Under the pieces are notes generated by a model. It did no database searches. It worked only from the letters and a program-made list of their open reading frames with translations, and had not been told where the DNA came from. A DNA stretch of 64,000 nt from the human T2T-CHM13v2.0 reference genome, Homo sapiens: the NCBI RefSeq assembly GCF_009914755.1, contig NC_060926.1, one strand, 5' to 3'. Both the position numbers and the translations under genes were made by a program. Of this stretch, positions 1 through 13,665 are shown in pieces. The first letter of the stretch is position 1, and every line of letters begins with the position of its first letter.

Positions 1-439
1 TCAGGAGAGCTTAGCCCGAAGAACCTCTGACTACCTGCTCTTGTTTTGCTGTCAGGTTCTTTTCCCTGTCCAGCTTAGTGGGCTTGCAAATAACACTGTA
101 CAGAAAGCTGACCCAGAGAAGCTCCTGTGCATCCAGGACTCTCTTTCCTGGGCTGCCATGGGTAGCCAGAAAACACTTAAAATCACAGGAGAACAACTGT
201 ATGTCTTTTTCCTCCTCTTGAAAACCAATTACCTAAAAAAATCCAGAAAGGGGCGAGGCAAATCTTTTAAAACATTCACAATCAATTGGTGGGTTCTGAT
301 GGCAAAGAAGTGGCTATGCACCCCCAATGCCATTTGAGAAAGCCTCTCCCAGGCACATCTGGACTCCTGACTGTTGCAGGATAGTGGGAGTTGCTGAGGT
401 AGCTGTGGCATGTGGATCCCTGGGGATTTGAATCAAATA

Positions 440-750
440 CAGGATTCAGCAAACTTTTTCTGTAAAGGGCCTGATAGTAAAGTTTAGGTTTTATGGGCCA
501 AAAGGCAAAAATAAAAAATATTATATAAGTACTTTATGTACTTATAAAACAATTACCACAATTTTTTATTGACCAAATTCAAAGTGTAATAATTGGGTAT
601 TTTTTTTTTTGTAATATAGGCCTAATATTGAGAAGAGAATTTTTAGTGGGGGATAACATTTTGCTTAACTTAGATCTAATGTTAGTGTTTCCTGTCTTAG
701 CTCATGAGCTGGATTTGGCCTCTGGGTTATATGTAGTTGGCTGACCCTTA
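440..750 (-). mobile_element. hAT-Charlie DNA transposon fossil (MER58/Cheshire-like)
   Basis: Starts CAGGATTCAGCAAACTTTTTCTGTAAAGGGCCTGATAGTAAA and ends GGATTTGGCC...TAGTTGGCTGACCCTT, matching MER58-family termini as recalled. Confidence 0.65.
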
Positions 751-1116
751 ATCCATACAGGTTCCACCTATTTGCCTATTGACTACATAATTAATATTTC
801 TTGCATATTACTGTCCTGTAAATCGATGTTGCTATAATCAAATAAAACATAAACTAATTTTAAATAATTATTGTATTCAAATATCCCTTTGTCTTTATGG
901 ATTATCTCAATCAACAGATACCATTATATGGGGAGGAGGATGGTATTTCTTGATATCAGCAGTGGATCATCACACAAAAAAAACAAATTATGTTCAGAAC
1001 TGCTGCCCTTGGATTTACGTTATCTGTGGGAATCTCAAGCTAGTAACAAAGGGAAACCCACATTTATTACACGCACCCCTGGTCTCTTAAGAGAGGAAGT
1101 ACCTATTTGAAAACCA

Positions 1117-1149
1117 GATGATGACGATGATGACGATGATGACGATGAC
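1117..1149 (+). repeat. (GATGATGAC)n microsatellite, about 3.7 units
   Basis: Read directly: gatgatgac x3 followed by gatgac. Confidence 0.9.
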
Positions 1150-1676
1150 TACAACAACCTGGGCAGAACATCAACTAAGGAGTTACTGCATCACAGGCTT
1201 ACCTTAACCCTTTTGTGTCCTTGGGGATGAGGCCAGTGTGCTCACTCAGCAGAGGCTCAGGAAGCTACAGAAGTGAACTTTGCTCTCATCCTAAAGAGTG
1301 GAGGTGCTGGGGACTTGGCCCTTTAAAACTCATTGAGGGGCAGGCAAGGGAGACGGGCAGACTGAGGAACAGAGGAAACACGCACGAAGCAGGTCTCTCC
1401 TGAGGCCCGAGTGTGCTGGGCACTGTAACGCATATCACCTCATTTTATTTCTTCTGAATTAGGACATTATTCTCCTGGCTGGCCATAGCTAGGTGCTTTC
1501 CCCATTCAGGCACTCTGCTTACCAGGGCACAGTGCGGGTGCAGAAGGGCTCAGAAGCCTCTACACAGTGGGTTTTTATTGCTCACTTCTCTGATTCACTA
1601 GGCTAGTGTCTGATAATCTTTCATTGCTGGTTGCTTTAAAAATACATTTACTTTTAGAACAGGGCCTCAGAATTTT

Positions 1677-2344
<668 letters not shown>

Positions 2345-3192
2345 CAGAATTTTGAAAATTGCTATCCATAGAATACTTCAACAGTCATCAGCGCCATTTG
2401 CCATGCTTTTTTTTTTTTTTTTTTTCTGAGTGTGCTCAAATGTCCCCATGGGAAGAAAACACCCCTGCATCGAAGCTGCCAAACTAGAAACGATTGGAGA
2501 CTTAAGTTGTGTTAAGTATGAATTACATGATTTTATTGTCTATGGATTAAGGGACAGCCAAAATAAGAACAATAGAAATTGTTTCCACAAAAGTGAGTTT
2601 ATCCTTTAGAGACATGTCTGAGAAACATTCACTCTTAAAAGAAAACTCCTTTCCTGAAAAGTGTGTTCCTAAATTCTGAGAGATCAGTGTCCATGAACAG
2701 GAGTTAGGAAAGAGCAGACAGGATCTATATGTTTCCCTTGTAGCTTTGGGTTTGCAAAGCTATGTCAGAAGTTCTTATTTCCTCAGGTTCTTTGCCTCTA
2801 GTTGGGGAGAGTTGAGACCAGGTCACTTAAAGTGCTTTGCCTTCTGTCTTACGGTCTGGACAAAAAAGTCAGATCAATGATACTGTGAGAACAATATAAG
2901 CACACTATGCAAAACTACAAGAATGATATGAGCACACTCCCACTTAATTATATATTTTCTATAAAAAAATTGAATAAGTTTGCCATATTATAACATTCAT
3001 TTAAGTCTATTTAAAATGAACATATATTTCAAGAAAGATCCAAATAAACATAAACATCTAGGTATAAATGTTTACATTTATCACCAATCTCCCTCTGTGA
3101 AGTAACCCAGGAATCCTTTTACTGTTGTGTTTGTTTCACAATCCAGCAGGCCAATATGACTCATGTATTCACTATTTTCCACAAGCTCTTTG

Positions 3193-3522
3193 TATTATTA
3201 TTTTTATTTATTTTATTTTATTATTATTACTTTTTGAGATGGAGTCTCACTCTGTTGCCCAGGCTGGAGTGCAGTGGTGCAATCTTGGCTCACTGCAAAC
3301 TCTGCCTCCCGGGTTCAAGCGATTCCCCTGCCTCACCCTCCTGAGTAGAGGGGATTACAGATGCCTGCCACCATGCCCAGCTAATTTTTTTTTTTTATAT
3401 ATTTTTAGTAGAGACGGGTTTCACTGTATTAGACAGGATTGCCTCAATCTCCTGACCTCGTGATCTGCCTGCCTCTGTCTCCCAAAGTGCTTGGATTACA
3501 GGCATGAGCCACCACGCCCACC
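3193..3522 (-). mobile_element. AluS (Sc/Sc8-like)
   Basis: Full dimeric Alu in antisense. Carries the cctgacctcgtgatc 2-nt deletion with an S-type ggttcaagcgattc. Tail has decayed to TTA/TTTA repeats. Confidence 0.9.
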
Positions 3523-3850
3523 TGATTATTTTTATTTTTATAAAAGGCAGGTGCTCTTCCTGGTCTTGATTATTCTGTTCCCTCTGCACGCCCTTTGCCA
3601 ATTCCCTAGCTAACTACTGCTCATCTTTAAAAGCCCATTTTAAAAACAACCTCTTTTTCTTAGCTTCCTTTCCCTTGTTTAACTCTTCCTTTAACCCTCG
3701 CATCACAGACTAGTGAGATTAAATCATTCCTTCTTTCCTCTTAGAATGATTGCTCTTTTTTTCTTTGTATATCATTCATTCTGCTCGCGTTTTAGTTTAT
3801 TCCTTTTGCTTTCTCTTTCTTACCCTTTCTGCACCCCATCACCTCATCTC

Positions 3851-3851
<1 letters not shown>

Positions 3852-3883
<32 letters not shown>
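3852..3883 (+). repeat. (AC)16 microsatellite
   Basis: Read directly. Confidence 0.95.
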
Positions 3884-3885
<2 letters not shown>

Positions 3886-4987
3886 CTTCACTTCAAATAT
3901 CATGAGCTTATGTGAAATGATTCAGTATCACTCACCTATAGCTTTTGTCCTAATATCTATGTATTTTGAATACATTCCTTTGATTTAATTTTATTGTTCC
4001 CTCCATACATTCAATTTCTATGCTAATCTGTTTTCAAACTTTTTCCATTGTTATCTGTGATTAATTTACATCAAATACAGTGCTTAGCTTTACTCATCAA
4101 AGTGTTATAATCTGTCTACTATTTCTTTTTTCTTTCAACAGCCTGGTCTCTGAATCATACAACTGAAGGGGGCTAAAATTCTTTATGGACTGGAACTTAT
4201 GTTTTGTACATATAGGCATATTTTAAAAACTCATACTGGTATATTTTTTTAAAAACACAACAGTTTGTAAAATAGATAAAATGCTTTTCATATCTTACAG
4301 ATGTAAGTGCAATTGCTGGGTCCCCAAATGTCATTCTGTGCATCTAACTTTCATGGATCCCAGGCATACTTAGATAGCCCATAGTGTCCTATTTCTTGGC
4401 CATACTTGTGAGTGGATAAACTGCTACAGGGGCTACTGGCATAAAAGAGTAGAAGGTCTTTCACTAACAACACAGAATGCTTTTAAGAGATTTCCCAAAA
4501 GTCAGAGAGAGTAACTCAAGCTCATTAAAAAATGTGATTGTTTCAAGAAAATGAGAAGTCATCCTATGCTCAGCATGGGCCTGAACAGGAACTGCTTGGC
4601 ATGGTTATGAGGGAATCGCCATATCTTCCTGATTGGGCCTCCTTCCTGATCTTTTTCTTTGGGCAACAAAAGCCTTGCCAGGCAATAACTAGCTTTATTG
4701 ATGCATGAGTTATTCTTTCCTTTGGAACAGATGTTGTATCACAGGAGATCATCATTCAAACAGCAATTTTAAATACTTGAATCACACCCCAGAATCATAA
4801 ATTATTAACATGACTCCACATTGTGATTCTGAAATGTAAAGATGAGAGAGGAACGCAGAACTGGAGAGTGATTTAAGTGGAGAAATGCCAAAGTTACCCA
4901 AACAAAAAAGGAGCATCCAATTATGAGAAAGAGATCACTAAATGAAAAATCAAATGTTACTCTGTTGGATTTTTTCCCCCTTACTTA

Positions 4988-5095
<108 letters not shown>

Positions 5096-5196
5096 TTACA
5101 TCAGCTCTACTCATGTAACCTTCCAAAATTTAGTTTAACTGGCATGATGCGGTCTTCAGCTGAGGTAATGTATTAATATAACTAGTTGTTGTTTAG

Positions 5197-5592
<396 letters not shown>

Positions 5593-6576
5593 TACTTTTT
5601 TCTTCTGAAGGTTTTCTTAAATAATTTCACCCTAATGTAACAAACACTTAAGCTGACCTTTCACCTCTTGTCTAACTTCTCTGTTCATCTTAGTTGGGCC
5701 TTCTCCTCATGTCAATCCCCTTCTTACAGCTAGTTTCCTTCTGCCTGTTCTCCTTGGGTCTCAGAATGGCTTTATCATTGATTTTTCTTTTCCTGAATGA
5801 AAGGATGAGGAAACTCTCATTTTCTGTTTGTATTCCTCATTTCCCCCGTCAACCTTCCCTGTTAGGTCTGATCTAATATGGAGAAGTAAATGTGGAAGTA
5901 ACAGCTGTACAAGTAGTGTAGTAAACAGCTTGGAACAATTTGAGAAATTCTGAAAGATTTTCATATTTTCCTCTTTCTCTCCTCCCTCCCTGCTTATCTC
6001 CTTCCTCTCTGCTTAGCTCCTTACACCCCTTCCCCATCTCCTCCTTTTGGATCTGTCCATATTCTTACAATTTCACTATTGGGAATAGTTGCCATTATAT
6101 GCTACCTTTTCTCTTCCTTTTTCAAAATACAAATACCTTGGGAAAAGGCAAACACAGCCTGTCATTAACTCTTTAATATGAATGTGTTTGTTAGATAGTT
6201 TCTTTGTGCCCAGGGCAGCATAGCAATTCTAGAAAGAAGAGGAGAGGATGCTGGAATACAGGGGGTGTTGTTTATGTGTGTGGGGGGCAGTAATTAAAGC
6301 GCTAAATAGTGAAAAAATGAGCCACTTTTTGATTTTGCTACATGCTGGTTTTGTGAACAATACTCTTATTGAAGGGTCTTTCAGTTTCCTCCAAACTAAT
6401 ATTGACTGGCCTGCAGGTAAAATCAAGGACCTCACTTCTGGCCTCCCTATCTTTGCTAACCCAGAGCAATACATTTGGAGGATGTAGACTACACAATGCA
6501 TATTAAAGGCCCAGATAGCCGTTGGGCAAGACAGATACTGAGTAAAGAGTTGGTAGTCACTCAAGGAAAAAACTTA

Positions 6577-6705
<129 letters not shown>

Positions 6706-7236
6706 TTAGAGCATGAACTTTCCAGAATAAAAATATCAATTTTGAACCATCAGAAAAATCTACGAGAAAAGCCCGTATATACGTGAATTAGGCTCATGTT
6801 TTCTATTTTAAGGTTCGTTCCACGGTCTTAAAAGCTGTTGATTCCTCAGAGAAAAGAAACTTACACTTCAGTCACAAGGGGATTAGGATGCCACAGTATA
6901 CATTAAAAAAAAAACGATTGATAAGTTAATGTGACCCTAAAGCAACTTCCAACTAGTAACAAAAGTTTCTTAAAATTTCCCCTATTTCCAACCTCATCAT
7001 ACTTGTTGGAAAACTCCTTTCTCCACTCCAAGCGATTCTCTTGGGATTAGAGCATGAGATTCCATGCCCTAAGACCCTAGGGTATGTATGTGACCTAAGC
7101 TGGGCCAATCAGACTCTCTCCTGGGAACTGGTTAGAGGTTGGTTAGAGCTTCTGCTGTCATTACCCTTACGAGATGGTTATAAATTTCTATAGCTGAAAA
7201 TTTCAGACCTACCCAGGATCCTTCCCAAGGTCTGGT

Positions 7237-7736
7237 TGTATTGGCCTGGCTTTCCCGGGAAGCAGAGCCTGAGAAGAAGCCTAGCTGTGGGTAATATAGC
7301 TGATAGCATGATTTCAGAGCATTCAGGACAGGGAGTGAAACTGGCAAGGAGGTGAAGCTAAGCAATACTACCACTACTGGTGATTAGTTCCTAATCCCAA
7401 GGACTTGAGTTAGGATATTTAAAAAATTGGTCCTCAGAACTGTTGATCTGAGTGAGGGAGAGTAGTGGGGGAAGGATGTGTCTGTAGACTCCCCTTTCCT
7501 ATTGGTAAAAGGTGACCCTATGGTGTTAATTCCCCACTTATGGCTTGCACATTTGTGAGCACCCAGTGAGTTCCTGATGGGCATCTCTCACAGTGGTGCC
7601 CAAGAAGCCCCAGAGTAGGAAGTGAGAGGTGTACAAGGCTAGGCCAGGTGTTGTCCAGTTGCACTTGAGTGAAGCTGGATGAAATGTGGGTGGAACTGGC
7701 TGCCAGAACAATGGTGAGGGTTTTTAGAGGCACATA
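7237..7736 (-). mobile_element. Ancient ERVL-class solo LTR (LTR33/LTR16-like)
   Basis: Begins TGTATTGGCC...CCCGGGAAGCAGAGCCTGAGA, the reverse of the LTR16/33 3' end as recalled. Internal cctattggt...ggtgttaattcccc motif. Confidence 0.55.
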
Positions 7737-8194
7737 CGAATTACTGGACGCATTGTTCTTTGTCATTTCTCTAACACCTGTGAGTTATTTGAAATCCTTC
7801 TACTACCTCTCTACTCCCATTCCCTTTTCTGTATGTGACTTACTCAAGATGGAGGTGGTGATAGTTGCATGCAACCTAAAGAACACTCATTGATATATAT
7901 TAATCATTGTGAAGGACCATATGTCCTTTTGAGGTTTATGACTCAAGAAGATTTGGTGCCTTGTTCTCTGCTTCTGTATTTAGAGAGGAAGTGAATACAG
8001 TCTATGGGTTCTCGGTGATGGTTCTCAAATTTTTTTTTCTTTTTTTCCTCTCTTGATTCCCTAATGTCCACATAGAAGCTGTCTTGGGCAATTCTCTTTT
8101 AATTACTTCAACAGCCCTTGAGTTAGTCTCCCTTTGCTTTTTATCCAGGAAAAGAGGTTCTTTTTTGAAGGATTTGTTGTGTTGTTAATGCGCT

Positions 8195-8765
8195 AAAAAA
8201 TTATATACAGAAAAATAAACTCTTTTCAGCATAGAGGTCTATGGGCTAAGACAAATACATATAGCTACGTAACCACGAGCACAATACAGACATAGAACAG
8301 TGCCGTCACTTTCTAAATTCCCTTGTGTTTTCCCTTTGTAGTTCATCTCTTCACCTACTTCATATCCCTAGCAACCACTGATCAGTTTTCTGTTTCTGTA
8401 ATTTTGCCTTTTCCAAAATGTTATGTCAATGGAATCATCCATGATGTCCCCCACTGGAGCCCAAAGATGCTCTCCACACAGCCACTGCCAGGGAAGTGGG
8501 GAGGAGTGGTGTCAGTGATTCAGGACTGTCTTTTCTATCTCTTCAGTGCCTCTTTCAGTGATACGAAGTTAAAACCAGGTACTGTGAGTGCTCACCTGAT
8601 TTTTGGTTCTCATGAAGGTGTTTTTTTCTGTGTAGAGAGCTGTTAATTTGGTGTCTTTGCCCAGGGGACAATTGGTGGAGCTTTCTATTCCACCCTCTTG
8701 CTCTGTCTCTATCAGTGGAATCATCTAGAATGCAACTTTTGGGTCTGGCTTCTTTCACTTAGCCT
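8195..8765 (-). mobile_element. L1MB/L1MC-type 3' end fragment, split by an insertion at 8440-8711
   Basis: ccctagcaaccactgatc...ttttgccttttcca...atggaatcat, resuming as gggtctggcttctttcacttagc. Confidence 0.75.
8440..8711 (-). mobile_element. L1M1/L1M2-type 5' UTR terminal fragment with TSD and no poly(A)
   Basis: Minus strand reads GAGCAAGAGGGTGGAATAGAAAGCTCCACC...AGAACCAAAAATCAGGTGAGCACTCACAGTACCTGGTTTTAACTTC. Flanked by TCAATGGAATCATC (8426-8439) and TCAGTGGAATCATC (8712-8725). Confidence 0.75.
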
Positions 8766-8769
8766 AACT

Positions 8770-10127
8770 CCCTATTTCTCTTTCTTCTTTCACAGCAAAG
8801 CTTCTAGAAAGAGTTGTCTGCACATGCTGTCTTCATTTTCTCATATCCCATCGATCTTCAACCTGCTCCAATCTATTTTCATCCCATAACTCATAACTGA
8901 AACTGTGACTGTCATGCCAAAGTCTACAAACTCACCAACTACCAAATGTAAGAAACACTTTAAACAGTCACTTTATTAGGCCTCTCTGGATCATTTAGCA
9001 TTTTTTTTCCGGACTCTCTTTTCTATTGGTTTCTGTCATTTTGCATTCTTTCGTTTCTGCTCCTTCTCCTGTTACTCCTTTTTAGCATTCTTTGTTGATT
9101 CCTTTTTCTCTATTTGTGCTCTGGGCCTTTTGCTTCTCTTTTCTATAGTCTCACTACATAGATCTTGCTTCCTGTGATTTTAAGTAGCATCAATATTGTG
9201 TGACTCCTAGATTCATACTTGCTGTCTGACTTCACTAGTCTATTGCTAATTAAAGCTTACTTTGCATATCCTCCTGAATGTCTCATTGACATAGCCAACT
9301 AAACTTGTTCCCCCCATTATCACCTCCACCAAACGGCTTCTTCTCAATTACTCTCCATAGATAGAATTGCTATCCATCAATTTTAATTTGACAGTTAAAG
9401 TTGGCTTGGCTTCTTCTTTCTCACGTTCCGATATCCAGCCCATCTCAAAGTCCTCTTAGATTCCATTTCCAAAATATGTCTTGACTTTATGCAATTTTGC
9501 CTATCTCCACTGACACCATTCCCAAAAGACCCTCTGAATGTCTGCAATATTATCCTCCTCTTCTTTTCCAATCCATTCTCCATACAGCACTCTGGGCCTT
9601 CTTTTCAAAAATGTAAATCAGATTGTTTTACTCCTTTGCTGCTAAGGCTTTAGTTCTTTCCCATAAAACTTAGAGTAAAATTTATACTTCTTACTGCCTA
9701 CTCTTGCACCTTTATCTTATGCTATTTCCCCAGTGCGTTTTAGCCCCTGTGGCTTTCTTTCACTTCCTCAGCTGTATTAAGTTCTTTCCTTTCTCCAAAT
9801 ATTTGCATGTACTTTCTCTAGAAGGCTAACCATCCATTCTTCACCTGGCGAACTTCAACTCACCCTTCAGAGTTTAGTTACACATGTCATTTCTTCAAAA
9901 AGGAGCTCCATATATGCTAAACTAAATTCTGGCCCCTGATTTATTCTCAATATAACTGCATCTGTTTTAGCACTCCTCAAAACTCTGAGCCATGTATTAT
10001 TTTGTGTTATTTATCCAATGTCTGCCTCTTCAACCAGATTGTGAATCATATGAGGGCAAGATTCATGTTTTCCCTGAAAACCCAATGTTGGCACAGTAGT
10101 TGACGCATAAAATGTGCTCAATGTTTG
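8770..10127 (+). mobile_element. L2 (L2a-like) 3' portion
   Basis: Pyrimidine-rich L2 motifs (cacagcaaagcttctagaaagagttgtct; tccattctccatacagca; aaatgtaaatcagatt) ending in an L2 tail (ggcacagtagttgacgcataaaatgtgctcaat). Confidence 0.7.
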
Positions 10128-11299
10128 CCAAGCTCTTTATGCCAGGTAATATGCTATGTTTTGTCAAGAGATGAACTCACAAGGAATTATTCACTGCCTA
10201 TGTTTATTACAGCTTACTCATTCAACGTTATTTGGGTAGCAACTTCCCCATCTCTCTTAGTGAATGAATAGGTTTTATATAATTGAAAGAATGAAGAATT
10301 CATGATTGCTCAATAATAAAGTTATGAGTGCATCATTTAACATCAATTGCATGAGCTTCCATAGCCACTGTACTTATGAAATATCTATAGATATCTGCAG
10401 ATGCACATTGAGATCTTTGATCTTTATAGGAAAGAAATCACACTGCAAAAAATGGCTAAAATTATTCCAGTAGTGCTGAGTTTAAGGCACTTAAAAAGAT
10501 CTAGTGACCATCTAGTGAGATGGATTATTGGTGATAATTCTGTAGCTGAGACTCTCTATAACCCCAAGATAATACAGGAAATGGAGTTCAGACGAACACT
10601 TAGTTTTCAATTCATTTTTCCCCTCTGATCAATAAATTCATGTCTGATGGAGGCTGGAAGTGGGTAATCAGCTAGGAACTGTATGTCTTAATGGGTTTGC
10701 TTTTGTCAAATGACTGTTTGCTGCAAAATTATTTTGATTCACTCAACCATGGTTTATCTTCAAAAAACAGTTAAAGGCCTGAGGGTAAAATGTCAGTGAA
10801 TTTAAGTTCTGCAAATGAGTCTTTTAAAGAAAGGTAACTGACTCAGAGTTTTCCCTCTCTACAGCCAGTTTTACATTCTAAGTTGATGTTAGCATCTTTC
10901 ATGCCTGATTGTCCTTAATCTTCAGGTTGTAAAGTGAAAGTGAGCTTCTCTCCAATCAGGATAAACTTAGCGGGGTCCTGTAATTGCTGGGAACCATTCT
11001 TACCTATTCTGCCATAGGATAATATGCTTGCCTTTCATAAACAGGTGACCCTGAGGCTCTAAGGCTCATTGTCCTAAACATCATTAATGCTTTTATTAAG
11101 CTTCAGTAGTGTTGATGGGCTCTTATTTTTTCTTGAGTTAACAGGGTCTGTGTTTGCTTGTGTTGCACTGGTCTATGTGCCATCCTTCCAATAAAATCTC
11201 TGTTTTATCCAAGGAGGAAGGCAGACACAGTGTGCCGGTTTCAGGGAGTTTGGGAGTGAGTTAAGACTAGCACAGGTGAAACACTCAGAATGGTCTGGT

Positions 11300-11670
11300 G
11301 GAAAACTGTATGCTACTGATTGTGAATGCTTTATGAGTTCAGGGAAGGGGCTGGAGGAACAATATGGGCTGGAGTAGCCAAGAAGAAGTGCTTATAGGAA
11401 GAGGAAAAAAGTCAAGTATCTTAGAAACTACAGAGCCTTCTGGCCTAAACTAAGAGTAGCAAGTGTGTATATCCGGACCACACGAGGTGGATGAAAGGAT
11501 GGGAAGCAGACAAAAATGAAATTAAAAGGCAGGGAGGAGGCAGGATTCCAGAAACTTTAAAGCTAGTTAAAGAAACATGGTAAAGAAGAAGCATGGTGTT
11601 AATTCCCCACTTATGGGCAAGCATTAGAAGCCACTTTATGGGGCTGCAAGGGGAAGCAAGAAGACTTGAG
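11300..11670 (-). mobile_element. Degraded L2 fragment
   Basis: Purine-rich antisense L2-like words (catggtaaag...agaagccact...gcaagggga). Weak match. Confidence 0.4.
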
Positions 11671-12320
11671 GGTTCCCTGAGCAGAGCTGGCCCATGTTTT
11701 CACCAGCCCATCATCTCAGGAATTCACAGAAGTAATCAGACCAAACTGATGGTGGTTGAGAACCAACTGTGGAGGTGAATACTTAACCTACTGGAGTGAG
11801 AAAATTAAGCCAGGAAGGACAAGACATCCCTTTTTATCACATATGTCAACAAGGAAAACATTTTTTTTTACCTCTGTTCCACACCAAATCTACCATGGCA
11901 TGGAATGATCGATTCTGAGACTGTGTGAAACAGCTCTCTCTTAGTCTAGGACTTAAGGCAGCCACAGAGTTCATGCTATGGCTTGAGTAGATCATTGAGA
12001 TGCTTTAGGCAAATTTGATTAAGAGAGAGGATGCTGCCAGTTGTGTGTCCAGTTTATCCTTTTAGCCAAAGCGCATTTCCTAGTAACCAAGGCTGAGGGT
12101 TTGAAGTTGAACTCTTTTCTCTACCTACTAATTGGTTTCCTATGATATAGGATTTGTTTCCTTTTAAGCCATTTGATTCTTTTACTCTTTTACATTTTTA
12201 ATTACATTTTTAAAGTCTCTTGCATAAAGTTGAAGTTGACTCCTTCCTCCTGACCATTCTGAGAGAAGTTAGGGCAATGATGGATAAGACTAGGAAGAGT
12301 GGGCTGAGCTTAACTATATA

Positions 12321-12898
12321 CAGTTGATTCTCATTATCCACAGCAGTATGTTCTAAAAGTCACCTCAAACATGGAATTAGTGAATCACTGGCCCCATGGG
12401 AAATTCAGGGTTAGATTCCTATAAGCCTTTGGTGGCAACATTTTTGTCATGGCTTGATCAATATACAACCATGTTTTATATATGTTTCTATTTAAAGACA
12501 CCTTATTTAATATTTCTTGTTGATTCATTAACACAACTCATGTTCTGGAGTATATAACTCATGTCTGAAGGAAGCTTATCTTACACATATATTTTTGGCC
12601 ATTTTAAACCATGACATCACCAAGAAAAAGCACAAATATGGGGATAAAAGGCCCTAGATAGACCATGCAAAGGACACTTGATTTTCAGCATGACAGCTGA
12701 AACGAGGTGGCAGAATGCAGAGTCATTCAACCTCAGTTGGGAACCCATGTCAAGACACTCAAATTTTTGTCTTTCTGCAAAAGCACATGTCTAGGAATAA
12801 TGCAAAAGTGTTTCACGTACTGATTTTGGATTGCAAATACATTTTAGCAAGTAGATTAATTAGCACATACAGAATCTGCAAATAATGAGGATCAACTG
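12321..12898 (+). mobile_element. MER82 (TcMar-Tigger) non-autonomous DNA transposon
   Basis: Terminal inverted repeats CAGTTGATTCTCATTAT / ATAATGAGGATCAACTG with a TA TSD on both sides. Confidence 0.85.
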
Positions 12899-13119
12899 TA
12901 TATGAAAAGACTCGCTACTTTATGAGGCTTACTAATATTGATATTTCTATTAATTACAGATCCTTCTTAACTGGGAGTTTGTATATCTATATACAACATG
13001 ATAAAAGATGCTAACATATGCTTTCTGAATCATTAAATAAACATTGCGCTAGGTATAGTATCACAGAATCGTGGAGTTAGATGGCAGAGCATGTAAGAAG
13101 GCGTATGAAAAAGGTCTTC

Positions 13120-13225
13120 AACTTAAGGTTTAGAGACCCTGGGTTCCAGTGGTCTCTCTAGCTTCTGGATAACACCAAACAGTTCACTTACCTTTTCAGA
13201 GTCTCAGTTTCTCTCTGTAAAATGA
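13120..13225 (+). mobile_element. MIR fragment
   Basis: Core motif ctgggttcca...gtctcagtttctctctgtaaaatg. Confidence 0.6.
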
Positions 13226-13496
13226 TTTTGTGTAAGAAATTATGTGAGACAGTAGGAAAGCCTGGTTTCTTGCCTTTTCGATCTCACATTTTCAAAACTA
13301 GAAGTATTTAACTCTCATATTTAACTGGAACTCTTTGTCTCAGTCTCCATGGAAACCAAACTCCTTAGTAATCAGGGGAAATTTAAGGAGCTCAAGGGTA
13401 ACATTTCCTAGAGGAGAGGTCAGTCCTATCGGCTTGGCTGCAGATTCTGTTCGGACCTAGCATCCTAGATTTGCAATCAGCCTCTGTTTTTGAGCA

Positions 13497-13665
13497 GGGC
13501 ATGTAGCATAGCTTCAAAGGTAAGAGCTCTGGTGCCAGATGGTCTGGTTTCAAGTCCTCCTGGCCTTATCATTTTTTAAGATGTGTAGCCTTAGGGGTTA
13601 GTTGGAGTCTCCAGGGCTCAGATCTCTTATATTTTACACAGGGAAATAAGATTTACCTTTTAGGA
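13497..13665 (+). mobile_element. MIR fragment
   Basis: gtagcatag...aagagctctggtgccaga...tggtttcaagtcc. Confidence 0.55.
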
